A stretch of 64,000 nt of DNA from Flavobacteriales bacterium. GTDB lineage: Bacteria; Bacteroidota; Bacteroidia; Flavobacteriales; UBA7312. Shown in pieces: positions 28,837 through 39,048 of the stretch (positions within the stretch are counted from its first letter, which is position 1; each line of letters starts with the position of its first letter). Made by a program: the position numbers and the translations under genes. Under the pieces are notes generated by a model, which made no database searches, was not told where the DNA came from, and worked only from the letters and a program-made list of their open reading frames with translations. The stretch is from the NCBI GenBank assembly GCA_965661505.1, contig CBFIDX010000001.1, positions 41,384-105,383 of the forward strand. The letters run 5' to 3'.

Positions 28837-30732
28837 CTATTTAGTAAGTACTATTTTTCCGAAAGTAGTATTACTGTTTACATTTAGTTCGTAAGTATAA
28901 ACACCTTCTGCTAAACTTGATAAATCAAGTTTGGTTTTATGGGCTCCTGTAGCAAGAGAACCTTCGTTTTTACTCACCACTAACTTTCCTGTAATGTCTC
29001 TAACAATAATGTTCAATTCACCTGATTGTGATAAATTATACGTTAGGTCAACCATTCCAGAAGTAGGGTTAGGGAATGCATTGTGAGAAGCTACGGAAGC
29101 AACTTCGTTTACAGAATTATAATCCCATGTACCAAAGTTTGCAGAGATCCATAATGCATCACCATTAGTGTACCACTGATCTCCTGTAAGATATATCATA
29201 CTTGACCAAGCTCCTCTTGGGAAAGTTTTGTCATCAAGAATAACAATATTGTTTGTACCAGCACTATTGTAACATTCTACTGATACGAAATAAGCACCTG
29301 GTGCTAAGTTTCTATCTTGAGCACTGCCGTTGTAGATAGTTGGGATAGGAATTGTTGCAAAACCTGTAGTGGTATCAGAAGCAGTAATTGTGTAAAAGTT
29401 AGAATATATGATTGGTGTTTCTATTCCAGCCGAAAAGAATCCTGTAGTATCGAAGACCGTTACTTGAACAAGAGCACCAGCTTGTGTAGAGCCGTTTGTT
29501 CTTAGGCCAAGCGTAACAGAAGTTAGCTCATCAGCGGTCTCTAACTCATACATATTTGCCATTTTAAATCCGTCATCTGAGCCGTCAGTAAAATATCCAG
29601 TTCCCATTGAACCTAATTTTTCACCAGTACCAAAGCCATTAAAAAGAGTATCTGTTATAAAAACAGTAACTGCTCCATCATTGTTAATCGGAGATGAATC
29701 TGTTGAGTCAGACGATACAGAGAACGTAAAATCGTGTTGCCCAACTGTTGTTGGCATGTACTGATTTGCATGGTACACTACAAAAGAACTATCTCCTTCT
29801 AGTGTTCCATAGTTTTCTGAATCAGTCCATGCTCCAGAAGCAACTGTAGTTGTAGCGTTGGGTTGATCTGAGATACCAAAGTTATAAACGGCAAAACCAA
29901 ATTCGGCATCTGTCACTTGGTTAGCAGGTACATGGCCGTAGAAATCTCTCCAGCTATCAGCAGTTCCTGATACTGTAGAAGACATATTCATGGCAAAATC
30001 ATTTAGTATTAAATCGTTGTTGGGTTGTTCAATCAGCGCAACATCATCAATTTGCCATCCATAATCCCAAATACCTTGCCATACAAACTTGAACATTACG
30101 TTTGCTTCTCCTCCGATATCATCAGAAAGATTGAGTTGCTTTAAATCAGGGTTGTCAGTTCCAGATTGGTCAATGGTTGCTGTCCAAGTACCGTTTGCAT
30201 CAACTGTGGAGTTAATGTAGTACTTACCCGTCCAGCTTAGTCCACCATCAATGGAAGTCATAACAATACAAGTATCAGCTTGCCATCTTCTAAACATTTG
30301 TTCAAATTGTAAAACAACGTTTGGGTACATAGAGCAATCAATAACTGGCGATACCATTTCGGAATATTCCTGAGCACCACCTTGAGATCCAAAAGCATCT
30401 GAATCTGCTATCATCCATCCATTTCCAGCGGTAGTTGATAGTAATGCTGCTGTTTGATACTGTCCAACATGACCAACTGTTGTATGTTGCCATGAAACTG
30501 GTGATCCAGCATCTGTGTTAACTGTAAATTGTCCTACACCACCGTCAAAGTCTTCAGAAAAGATAGTTGTTGCAGCAGATCGTTGAGCAGGAGAAGTTGT
30601 TCTGATAACTTCATTTGAAGCTTCTTTCAAAACAGGATAGTTTGAAGGAATGCTTCCATTTGTTTTCATTTGTTGTGCAGAAACGGAAAGAGTAGTTGCT
30701 GCAATACAAATAGATAATAAAATTTTCTTCAT
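28837..30732 (-). CDS. Secreted protein with T9SS type A C-terminal sorting domain (paralogue 2)
   Basis: 631 aa. Signal peptide ending SVSAQQ. C-terminus FPNPTSGMVDLTY...GVYTYEL...GKIVLTK. Confidence 0.8.
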   Translation of the reverse strand: MKKILLSICIAATTLSVSAQQMKTNGSIPSNYPVLKEASNEVIRTTSPAQRSAATTIFSEDFDGGVGQFTVNTDAGSPVSWQHTTVGHVGQYQTAALLSTTAGNGWMIADSDAFGSQGGAQEYSEMVSPVIDCSMYPNVVLQFEQMFRRWQADTCIVMTSIDGGLSWTGKYYINSTVDANGTWTATIDQSGTDNPDLKQLNLSDDIGGEANVMFKFVWQGIWDYGWQIDDVALIEQPNNDLILNDFAMNMSSTVSGTADSWRDFYGHVPANQVTDAEFGFAVYNFGISDQPNATTTVASGAWTDSENYGTLEGDSSFVVYHANQYMPTTVGQHDFTFSVSSDSTDSSPINNDGAVTVFITDTLFNGFGTGEKLGSMGTGYFTDGSDDGFKMANMYELETADELTSVTLGLRTNGSTQAGALVQVTVFDTTGFFSAGIETPIIYSNFYTITASDTTTGFATIPIPTIYNGSAQDRNLAPGAYFVSVECYNSAGTNNIVILDDKTFPRGAWSSMIYLTGDQWYTNGDALWISANFGTWDYNSVNEVASVASHNAFPNPTSGMVDLTYNLSQSGELNIIVRDITGKLVVSKNEGSLATGAHKTKLDLSSLAEGVYTYELNVNSNTTFGKIVLTK

Positions 30733-30780
30733 TTGATTAAATAGTTAGTTAGAATCTAATTTTTTCGGACTGCAATTTAA

Positions 30781-30788
30781 CAAAAATA
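30781..30788 (-). promoter_or_regulatory. Candidate -7 box (TATTTTTG) for paralogue 2
   Basis: Exact TAnnTTTG match on the minus strand, 48 nt upstream of ATG 30732. Confidence 0.35.
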
Positions 30789-30819
30789 ACTCCATTTTTT
30801 CTTTGGAATTGTTAATTTC

Positions 30820-31911
30820 TTACTCGCTCAGTAAAGCAGTGTAAATTTTAGAGAACTCCTGAGCAATTCTATTTTCTTTAAAATCGGCAATTGCTAGAGA
30901 ATAATTTTTGTGTTGATAAAGTTTGTAGTTCGCTTTTAAGCTAGTAATGGCATTGTAAAGTTCTTCAGAATTATCAGGCGATATTGCTATTCCACAATCC
31001 TTAGGAATGATTTCTTGTGGGCCACCACATTTTGTGTATATCAACGGCCTATTTGCTGCTAAGGACTCTAGAGCAACTACTGAAAAGGTTTCAATCCTGC
31101 TATTAATAATAACAGCGTGGTAATTGGAGATTTCTTTTATCACTTTTTCATTACTCATTTCACCTAGTAACGATATATTTTTTTCATTCTCACACAAGGA
31201 TTCTAAGAAATCCTTGTCTGGGCCATCTCCAATAATGTGTAAAACCTCATTCATTAAGTTTTTTTGTTTAAAAATCTGTATGACGGAGGATATATTTTTG
31301 ATATTATCGCGCAGGTCAGCAACGATCAAAAATTTAAAAGGAGTATCAGCTAATCTTTTATCTTTCTGTTCTTTTACAATATTACCGACAACTTTGAAAT
31401 TTCCACGAATCTTTTTATCTTCCATCAATTTTTGTAAAAAATTTGATACTGGAAGGATGTAACTTGCACGCCAAAAAACCATCCTCTTAATCAGTTTTTT
31501 TGATAAGGATAATGGGTTTTGGTATCCAGACCAATGCTCAGATACTATTAGTGGTTTATTATATAAAAAAGCCAAAATACAGCCAAAAAAGCTTCTTTTG
31601 CTCAATACATGGAGGTGTATGATATCTGCCTTTCTGAATAGTGAAACATGTTTTAAATATAACCTTAACAACTTGAGTTGGTTCAGCCATTTGCTGTTTG
31701 TTCTTTTATAAGCTGAAATATTTTCAACTAGCTTTCCATTGGTTCTTTTTAAGGAGTAGGGTTGAGCGAAAGCGTGTGCGAATAGAACGGTTACATTATT
31801 TGCTATGGCAGCAGCTTTCGCATGTTTTTGAATAAAAACACCATTTTGTATATTTTCTTTTGTCGGGTACCAAGAGGGAATAAATAAAATATTTGGAGCA
31901 GGTTTTTTCAA
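30820..31911 (-). CDS. Family 4 (GT-B) glycosyltransferase
   Basis: 363 aa. GT-B C-terminal half (IIGDGPD, ETFSVVALESLAANRPLI, GGPQEII). The start overlaps the stop of the upstream ATPase gene by 4 nt. Confidence 0.75.
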   Translation of the reverse strand: MKKPAPNILFIPSWYPTKENIQNGVFIQKHAKAAAIANNVTVLFAHAFAQPYSLKRTNGKLVENISAYKRTNSKWLNQLKLLRLYLKHVSLFRKADIIHLHVLSKRSFFGCILAFLYNKPLIVSEHWSGYQNPLSLSKKLIKRMVFWRASYILPVSNFLQKLMEDKKIRGNFKVVGNIVKEQKDKRLADTPFKFLIVADLRDNIKNISSVIQIFKQKNLMNEVLHIIGDGPDKDFLESLCENEKNISLLGEMSNEKVIKEISNYHAVIINSRIETFSVVALESLAANRPLIYTKCGGPQEIIPKDCGIAISPDNSEELYNAITSLKANYKLYQHKNYSLAIADFKENRIAQEFSKIYTALLSE

Positions 31912-34019
31912 GACAATCTTTTGTGTTTTAGTCTTAAAGAATTACCAATAACTACAATATCGGAGAATGCCATAAACAAGACGCCCCACATTGGATTTAA
32001 AAGACCCATGGCTGCAATTGGTATGGCAACTATGTTATAAGAAAATGCCCAAAACAAATTTTGCTTGATGGTTGTAAGTGTTTGTTTGCTAATGCTTAAG
32101 GCTTCAGGGATTTTAGTTAGATCGTCCCCATCAAGTATTATTATCTGAGCGGATTGAATGGCTATATGCGTTCCATTACTCAGTGAAATACCTACCCGAG
32201 CTTTGGTTAATGCTGGTGCGTCGTTAATTCCATCGCCGACCATTGCTGTTGGAGCTTCTTTTTCAAATGAAGCGATTTTACTCAGTTTTTCTGCAGGGAG
32301 TTGTTCTGAATAGCAGTCGTCAATGTTTAGTTTTTTAGCGAGTGATTGGCAGCTTGTTGATTTATCTCCACTAAGCATGACAGTTTGTATGTTGCCTTCA
32401 TTTAATTTTCTGATACTTTCGATTGCTGAACTCTTGATAGTGTCACTCATCTCAATACTTGCTATGAGCGAACCGTTTTTTAGTAAATATAATTGATGGT
32501 TAGCCTCCTTAGTGACTTCTTTTGCAATGCTATATGAGCCAAGTAAATAATGATGGTTATTCCATTCTGCCTCAATACCTTTTCCTTTTATTTCATTTAT
32601 TTTTTCTAATTCTACCTTTTTTTGTTCTTTTTTTAATTGATTAACGATCGACTTTGCAATGGGGTGGGATGAGTTTAACTCTAAGTTATAAATTATGTTT
32701 TTCACTTCAGCTAAAACAGCAGGTTTGCAATGTATTTTTTCAATCTGAAAATGGCCACTTGTTAGCGTACCTGTTTTGTCGAACACGATTTTCTTAACCT
32801 TTGCAAACTCTTCTAAAGTTGTTCCTCCTTTTATCAAAATACCATTTTTAGCAGCTCTGCCAATACCTACCATAACGGCAGTAGGAGTTGCTAAGCCCAT
32901 AGCGCAAGGGCAAGAGATAACAAGAACAGCAATAGCTCTCATCATAGAATTTGTAACTGAAACATTAAAATAGAAATAGGAAACAAGAAAGGTTGTTAAC
33001 GAAATAAATATTACTGTAGGAACAAAAATTGAGCTTACTTTATCTCCTAATCTTTGAATTTTAGGTTTGCTATTTTGAGCATCCTTTACCAATTTAATGA
33101 TTTGAGAAAGAACGGTTTTTTCTCCAACCTCTTTTGCTTTCAGTTTTAAATTTCCTTGTGTTAAAATAGTTCCACCTACTACTTCGTGATGTGTTGTTTT
33201 GTTTACAGGTCTATTTTCACCAGTAATCATAGATTCATCTAATAAGCCATCACCTAAAATGATTTTAGCATCAGTAGGTATTCGATCTCCACTGTTTACT
33301 AATAATACATCTCCTTTTTTAATTTCAGTAAAAGGGATTTCTTCTATCTCTCCTTTGGTGTTTTCTCTTTTAGCGAATAATTGTTGAATGGAGCTCAATT
33401 CTTGTATTGCACTAGTAGTGCGTTTTACAGATCTTTTTTCGAGCAGATTGCCTAAAAGAACTAATGTAATGATTGTTGCTGATGTCTCAAAAAAAAGAAA
33501 CTGATGATACTGTGAAGAGTTCCAATTTAAAAGTACTCCCCATAAACTATAAAAAAAAGCAGCAGCACTACCCATCATAATGAGTACATCCATGTTCGGA
33601 GAGCCAATCTTTAAAGAATTCAAGGCACTTTTTCCGAAATGTTTAAGGCCTATGACAAACACCGGAAGACATAGAATAATTTGTATAATTGGATTTTGTA
33701 AAAGATGCTCCTTAGCCAAGAACATGTGTGCAAAAAGAGGAAGGGTGAAAAACAAACTGATTGCGAATTTTTTTTCTAGATCATAATTGATAGATTTTAC
33801 TGAATTGTCCTTTGCCTTAAAGCCAATTGATTCGATTTCTGATATTAGCGACTCTTTGGTCCAATTATTATTGTGATACACAGAAACCTCTGCATTTGCA
33901 AAACTCACATGGCAGTTTGAGAGGCCTTTTTTTGTTAGATGTTTTTGAATTCCGTTAGCACAGTTACTACAAGACATACCATCAACTTGAAGTATTGTGT
34001 ATGTTAGGTCTTTGTTCAT
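31908..34019 (-). CDS. Heavy-metal (Cu-type, P1B) translocating P-type ATPase
   Basis: 703 aa. N-terminal HMA domain GMSCSNC, TGE loop (ITGENRP), transmembrane CPC motif (SCPCAMGLATP), DKTGTLT and GDGINDAP. Confidence 0.9.
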   Translation of the reverse strand: MNKDLTYTILQVDGMSCSNCANGIQKHLTKKGLSNCHVSFANAEVSVYHNNNWTKESLISEIESIGFKAKDNSVKSINYDLEKKFAISLFFTLPLFAHMFLAKEHLLQNPIIQIILCLPVFVIGLKHFGKSALNSLKIGSPNMDVLIMMGSAAAFFYSLWGVLLNWNSSQYHQFLFFETSATIITLVLLGNLLEKRSVKRTTSAIQELSSIQQLFAKRENTKGEIEEIPFTEIKKGDVLLVNSGDRIPTDAKIILGDGLLDESMITGENRPVNKTTHHEVVGGTILTQGNLKLKAKEVGEKTVLSQIIKLVKDAQNSKPKIQRLGDKVSSIFVPTVIFISLTTFLVSYFYFNVSVTNSMMRAIAVLVISCPCAMGLATPTAVMVGIGRAAKNGILIKGGTTLEEFAKVKKIVFDKTGTLTSGHFQIEKIHCKPAVLAEVKNIIYNLELNSSHPIAKSIVNQLKKEQKKVELEKINEIKGKGIEAEWNNHHYLLGSYSIAKEVTKEANHQLYLLKNGSLIASIEMSDTIKSSAIESIRKLNEGNIQTVMLSGDKSTSCQSLAKKLNIDDCYSEQLPAEKLSKIASFEKEAPTAMVGDGINDAPALTKARVGISLSNGTHIAIQSAQIIILDGDDLTKIPEALSISKQTLTTIKQNLFWAFSYNIVAIPIAAMGLLNPMWGVLFMAFSDIVVIGNSLRLKHKRLS

Positions 34020-34079
34020 CGAGTTTCAAAGTTAACTGTTTTAACTAAAATATTGTTGCAGAGATGCCTCTAAAAGTTT

Positions 34080-34087
34080 TATATTTG
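34080..34087 (+). promoter_or_regulatory. -7 box (TATATTTG) for tRNA-His
   Basis: Exact TAnnTTTG match 11 nt upstream of the tRNA 5' end. Confidence 0.5.
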
Positions 34088-34098
34088 CGCGCTTTAAT

Positions 34099-34175
<77 letters not shown>

Positions 34176-34176
34176 T

Positions 34177-34207
34177 AAAAAAGTCCTGCATATGCAGGAC
34201 TTTTTTT
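34177..34207. terminator. Bidirectional Rho-independent terminator
   Basis: aaaaaa-gtcctgc-atat-gcaggac-ttttttt, between the tRNA (+) and the convergent thioredoxin-fold gene (-). Confidence 0.8.
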
Positions 34208-34757
34208 ATCGGTTAATCATATTTTGTAAAACTCTTGGGAACTGAACAGGTTTTTGCAAGCCAGGGTAACTCCTAAGTTTTTCATATTTTTCATTTAAAA
34301 ACACGGTAGAGGGCCAATAGAAGTTTTTGTTGTAGGGGTCAACCAAAGCTTTGTGTAAATCATGATTGCTTTTTACTTCAATGCTTTGTTCAGGGTTCTC
34401 ATAAACTACACCATTTAAAGTCACACTTTCTTTTCCTCTACCGTCAAACATAACTGCGTAAAAATGATCATTTAAGAGTTTAATAACGTTTGGGTCTGAA
34501 AGGGTTGTTTCTTTCATTTCTTTACAATAGGGACAGCCAGGTCTGTAAAAAAACAACATTACTTTTTTAGGATTTTCTTTCATTAAATCATCCAGATTGT
34601 CAATAGCAATCCATTTGATATCTGCATTGGCATTATTTGCTCTGATGATTTCTTTTAAATCTTTTTGTGAAGTTGTTACATCTGTGCTATTTCCTGAAGA
34701 ACAAGAAGCAACTAAAAAAGGAACAGCAAATAATAGCGTTCTAAGAATTGATCTCAC
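34206..34757 (-). CDS. Thioredoxin-fold lipoprotein (CPYC active site)
   Basis: 183 aa. Lipoprotein signal LVASC. FFYRPGCPYCKEM redox motif. Confidence 0.6.
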   Translation of the reverse strand: MRSILRTLLFAVPFLVASCSSGNSTDVTTSQKDLKEIIRANNANADIKWIAIDNLDDLMKENPKKVMLFFYRPGCPYCKEMKETTLSDPNVIKLLNDHFYAVMFDGRGKESVTLNGVVYENPEQSIEVKSNHDLHKALVDPYNKNFYWPSTVFLNEKYEKLRSYPGLQKPVQFPRVLQNMINR

Positions 34758-34761
34758 GTGA

Positions 34762-35247
34762 TTACTTTTTTAATATTGAATTAGCCTTATTGATCCATGG
34801 ACCGGGGCCACCTGCTACATAGCCAGTCTGCCCTATGGTAAGAAATTCCAACTTATTTTCATTATTGATTTTTAGATTAAAGAGATGTAATGTAGGGTAT
34901 CCTCTAACCTGAAAAATTTGTTGTAATTCTCTATTCTGCGTTCTAATTTCTTCGGCTTGAGGGTTTCTTCTAGGGTAGTCAAGCTCTAATAAAACTACAT
35001 TTTCTTCGGCCCAACTTTTAAATTCATTGGTGTCAAACACTTCACGTTTCAGTTTTTTACACCATCCACACCAATCACTTCCCGTAAAGTTAGCTAAAAT
35101 TGGTTTTCCAGATTCCATAGAAAGTTGAGCGGCTTTTTCAAAATCAATGTGCCATTTTGCTTTTTCTTGCCCAAAAGCTACGGCTGAAAAACATAAAAAG
35201 GTAATAACTAATAATTTCTTCATTGTGTTAGTTTTAGTGAACTCCAT
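34762..35247 (-). CDS. Secreted thioredoxin-family protein (CGWC active site)
   Basis: 161 aa. Signal peptide, FTGSDWCGWCKKL motif and cis-Pro region RGYPT. Confidence 0.7.
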   Translation of the reverse strand: MEFTKTNTMKKLLVITFLCFSAVAFGQEKAKWHIDFEKAAQLSMESGKPILANFTGSDWCGWCKKLKREVFDTNEFKSWAEENVVLLELDYPRRNPQAEEIRTQNRELQQIFQVRGYPTLHLFNLKINNENKLEFLTIGQTGYVAGGPGPWINKANSILKK

Positions 35248-36784
35248 GCATTAATTTCTTTAACGGGAAACTTATTAAAAATAGTATAATTCCTCCAGTA
35301 ATTGGAATGTAAACTAGTATGGTAAAAAAATCGGCCATTGAAGACTCAAGAGCAATCTTTTCCATGTGACTGGAAAGTAAACCTGCTAGCTTATTGCCCA
35401 TTGCAGAGGCAAAAAACCATATTCCAAACATAATTCCTAAAAGTCTTTTTGGAGATAATTTATTAACATACGAAAGCCCCACAGGTGATAAACTTAATTC
35501 ACCCATAGTATGTAGTAGATAAGCCAAAACAAGGAATATCATACTTACTTTTTCCACAGACATACCTTTGCCAATTTGTGCTGCTCCAATGACCATTGGA
35601 ATAAAGCCTACACCTAAAAGTATAAGTCCGATAGCAAATTTTTGAGGTCCATTTGGGTTTAATTTTGTTTTGGCAAGCTTTTGCCAAATAACAGAAAAAA
35701 CCGGTGCTAAGGTAAATATAAATAGGGCATTTAAGCTTTGAAACCAAGTAGCTGGAACTTCAGGATTTGTCTGTAAAAATTGATTGTAAACCATATAGCC
35801 TATGATTCCCCATAAAATAAGGACACTCAAAGCCATAAAGCCCATAGCTGTTGGGTACTCTTTTCCGATTGATTTATTCATGCCCCAAAATAACCAGGTT
35901 AATATACCAACAGGTAAAGCCGATAGAAGGGCACTGACTATTTTATAAATGCTAATGGATGTTTCATTAACCAAAGATCTATCTGTGTATTCACTGGCAA
36001 AAATATTCATGCTAGACCCTGCTTGCTCAAAAGCTGCCCAGAAAAAGATAGAGAAAAAGGCGAGGATACCAACGACAACAAGTCTTTGTTTTTCTTTTTT
36101 TGTTAATGGTTTTGCTTCTTCCTTCGTTTCTTTAACTTCTTCAATTACTTTTGGGGAAAGGCCTATTTCTCCAAACATTTTTTGAGAAAGTTTAAATTGA
36201 ATTAACCCAATAAGCATAAATACACCTGCAAGTCCAAAGCCGTAATGCCATCCGTATGTTTCTCCAAGGTAGCCACATAAAATAGACCCTAGAAAAGCTC
36301 CAACATTAATTCCTTGGTAAAAAATGGTATATCCCGAGTCTTTCTTATCTGAATTTTCGGGATATAACTGACCTACAATGGAAGAGATGTTTGGTTTGAA
36401 AAAACCATTTCCTATTACTAACAGAGCCAGTCCTAAATAAAAAGCGGGCATTGGTTGAAAAGCCAATGAAAGATGACCAAGAGTCATTAGCACCGCACCA
36501 ATCATTATTGCCTTTCTAAAGCCCAATAACCTATCTGCTAAAATTCCGCCGATGATAGGAGTGATATAAACAAGCATTGTGTACCAACCGTATAAGCTAC
36601 TGGCATCTCCTTTACTCCATCCTAGACCAGGGTTGTCACCGGTTACTTCGCTTATTAAATAAAGAACCAATAAAGCTCTCATCCCATAATAGGAAAATCG
36701 TTCCCACATTTCCGTAAAAAACAACATAAACAATCCTACTGGATGTCCGAAAATTTCTCTTTCAGTTGCTATATTTTTAGACAT
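35234..36784 (-). CDS. Proton-dependent oligopeptide transporter (POT/PTR2 family)
   Basis: 516 aa. PTR2 signature ERFSYYGMRALLVLYL, about 14 TM segments. Confidence 0.9.
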   Translation of the reverse strand: MSKNIATEREIFGHPVGLFMLFFTEMWERFSYYGMRALLVLYLISEVTGDNPGLGWSKGDASSLYGWYTMLVYITPIIGGILADRLLGFRKAIMIGAVLMTLGHLSLAFQPMPAFYLGLALLVIGNGFFKPNISSIVGQLYPENSDKKDSGYTIFYQGINVGAFLGSILCGYLGETYGWHYGFGLAGVFMLIGLIQFKLSQKMFGEIGLSPKVIEEVKETKEEAKPLTKKEKQRLVVVGILAFFSIFFWAAFEQAGSSMNIFASEYTDRSLVNETSISIYKIVSALLSALPVGILTWLFWGMNKSIGKEYPTAMGFMALSVLILWGIIGYMVYNQFLQTNPEVPATWFQSLNALFIFTLAPVFSVIWQKLAKTKLNPNGPQKFAIGLILLGVGFIPMVIGAAQIGKGMSVEKVSMIFLVLAYLLHTMGELSLSPVGLSYVNKLSPKRLLGIMFGIWFFASAMGNKLAGLLSSHMEKIALESSMADFFTILVYIPITGGIILFLISFPLKKLMHGVH

Positions 36785-36831
36785 AGTTCTTTGTTAAATT
36801 AATAATGGCCGAATATACTAATTTTCTTGGC

Positions 36832-38994
36832 TTATAAATTTTCTTTGATGTAATCTGTCATCATTTGATACAGGTGTAGGCGTGTATTGCCTCCATATAT
36901 ACTGTGGTTTTTGTCAGGGTATATAAACAAGTCAAATTGTTTGTTCGCATTCACTAATGCGCTCACCATTTCGTAGGTATTTTGTACATGTACATTGTCA
37001 TCTGCAGAGCCATGAATGAGTAAATATTTCCCTTTGAGCTTATCCACATGATTTATGGGGGAATTATCATCGTAACCGTCAGCATTTTCTTGTGGTGTTC
37101 GCATGTAACGTTCAGTGTAAATATTATCGTAATAACGCCAGTTGGTCACAGGGGCTACAGCAATAGCCATTTTAAATACTTCAGCACCTTTAGTAATGGC
37201 TAAAGAAGACATATAGCCTCCGTAACTCCATCCTTGAATGCCAATTCTATTTGCATCAACATAGGGTAGAGAGCCTAAATATTGATTTGCTTCTATTTGA
37301 TCAATCGTTTCATATTTTCCCAGTTGTTGGTAAGTCATTTTTTTAAATTCAGCCCCGAGCCCTCCAGTGCCCCTGTTGTCAATACATGCCACAATATATC
37401 CTTGCTGAGCTAGGTGTTGATGCCAAAAGTAGTTGTTCCAACCCCAGCTATTAAGTACTTGTTGTGATCCGGGCCCTCCATATAAAAACATAAACACTGG
37501 ATATTGCTTATCACTATCAAAATCAGCTGGCTTTATCATCCAGCCATTTAAAGAAACATCCTCACTAGTAATAAATGAGAAAAACTCTTTTTTGCTCAAT
37601 GCATATTGATTCATTTTTTCCGAAAGCTTTTTGTTGTCTTCTAGTATGCGTATTTGTTTTCCGTTTGCGTTGTGTAAGCTGAAAAAGGGTGGCTCATTGG
37701 CTGTAGAATAGGTGTTAATGAAATATTTCATCCCCTGGCTAAAATTGACAGAATTTGTTCCGATCTTTTTCGTGAGCTTTTGTTTGTCTTTTCCATCTTT
37801 ATTTATGCTATATACACTACGGTTAATTGGGCCATCTTCAGTAGATGTATAGTATATTTTATCACTATCGGCTTGCATGCCATGATAATTTGTTACTTCC
37901 CAATTTCCAGTTGTTATTTGTTGCATACTACCATCGTCCAAACGTACCTTATATAGGTGGTTAAAACCACTTTTTTCTGATGTCCAGATAAAATGTTTAC
38001 CATCGTTTAAAAAGGTAGTATTGTCGTGAATGTCTATGTAATAAGAATCCGTTTCAGTAAAAAGCACACGGCTTTCAGTTGTAGTGGCATCTATTAGTAA
38101 AAAGTCTAAATGATTTTGATGTCTATTCATGCGCAATAAATACAAGCTATTGGGGTCTTTGGTCCATCCCAGGCGAGGTAAGTATTCAAAATCTTCAAGA
38201 ACTGCTATTTCTTGTGTTTTTTTTGTTTTCGTATCGAACAGATGAATACTGATTTTAGAGTTTTCTTCACCTGCTTTTGGGTATCTAAATTCGTACTGAG
38301 TAGGGTATAGCTCTCCTTGAAACATATCCATCGAAAACTTTTTTACTTCTCTTTCATCAAAACGATAAAAAGCAATTTTGTTCCCATCTGGCGACCAAAA
38401 GAAAGCGTTTACCAAACCAAACTCTTCCTCATATGCCCAATCGGAGGCACCGTTAATAATTTCATTGTTTATACCATCGTTTGTGATTTGTATTTCTTGC
38501 ATATTCTCCAAATTCATCAAGAATAGGTTGTTGTCTTTTACATACGCTACTTGGCTCCCGTCAGGTGAAAAAGTAGCATACATTACTTTTTGGTCTAAAA
38601 GTTTGTTTAGTGAACCATTGTTTACATCATACACATAATAGATACTGCGACTGCTGTACCGATAAATGCTCTCTGTTTCGCAAGCAAAAAGTACTTTTTT
38701 TTCATCCTCAGAAAAACTATAGTTTGTAATGGGTATCTCTAGTTTTTCCGAATCGGCAATGGTACTAATGAGTTTGCCTGTACGGTAACTATACTTGTTA
38801 AGTTTACTTCCATTTTTATTTTTGTCAATCTGGGTGTAGTAGTCTCCACCTTTCATGGACTTTAGTCCTCGAACGTATTCAGGATAGAAGCTATAATTTT
38901 TCCAAAGATCATCTATACTAACGGCTTTTTTTTGTGCCCAACTACTTAAGCTTATACTTAGTGCTATGGCAATACAAATCATTCTAATCTTCAT
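36832..38994 (-). CDS. Dipeptidyl-peptidase IV (S9B serine peptidase)
   Basis: 720 aa. Signal peptide, beta-propeller N-terminal half, nucleophile elbow GWSYGGYM, and the later catalytic GSADDNVH and KNH segments. Confidence 0.9.
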   Translation of the reverse strand: MKIRMICIAIALSISLSSWAQKKAVSIDDLWKNYSFYPEYVRGLKSMKGGDYYTQIDKNKNGSKLNKYSYRTGKLISTIADSEKLEIPITNYSFSEDEKKVLFACETESIYRYSSRSIYYVYDVNNGSLNKLLDQKVMYATFSPDGSQVAYVKDNNLFLMNLENMQEIQITNDGINNEIINGASDWAYEEEFGLVNAFFWSPDGNKIAFYRFDEREVKKFSMDMFQGELYPTQYEFRYPKAGEENSKISIHLFDTKTKKTQEIAVLEDFEYLPRLGWTKDPNSLYLLRMNRHQNHLDFLLIDATTTESRVLFTETDSYYIDIHDNTTFLNDGKHFIWTSEKSGFNHLYKVRLDDGSMQQITTGNWEVTNYHGMQADSDKIYYTSTEDGPINRSVYSINKDGKDKQKLTKKIGTNSVNFSQGMKYFINTYSTANEPPFFSLHNANGKQIRILEDNKKLSEKMNQYALSKKEFFSFITSEDVSLNGWMIKPADFDSDKQYPVFMFLYGGPGSQQVLNSWGWNNYFWHQHLAQQGYIVACIDNRGTGGLGAEFKKMTYQQLGKYETIDQIEANQYLGSLPYVDANRIGIQGWSYGGYMSSLAITKGAEVFKMAIAVAPVTNWRYYDNIYTERYMRTPQENADGYDDNSPINHVDKLKGKYLLIHGSADDNVHVQNTYEMVSALVNANKQFDLFIYPDKNHSIYGGNTRLHLYQMMTDYIKENL

Positions 38995-39025
38995 CTGTTT
39001 CTGATTGTGGGTAGGCGAATTTACT

Positions 39026-39033
39026 TAATTTTG
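39026..39033 (+). promoter_or_regulatory. Candidate -7 box (TAATTTTG) for the FAD oxidase gene
   Basis: Exact TAnnTTTG match 15 nt upstream of ATG 39049. It lies inside the GTG 39007 extension. Confidence 0.4.
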
Positions 39034-39048
39034 TCCAAAAGTAGATTG

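Noticed and set aside
34754-34761. The palindrome TCACGTGA, which resembles the parS core
   Set aside because: The flanks (gatc...ttac) do not match the GTT/AAC arms of parS. It sits in the 4-nt gap region between two thioredoxin-fold genes, so it is most likely chance.
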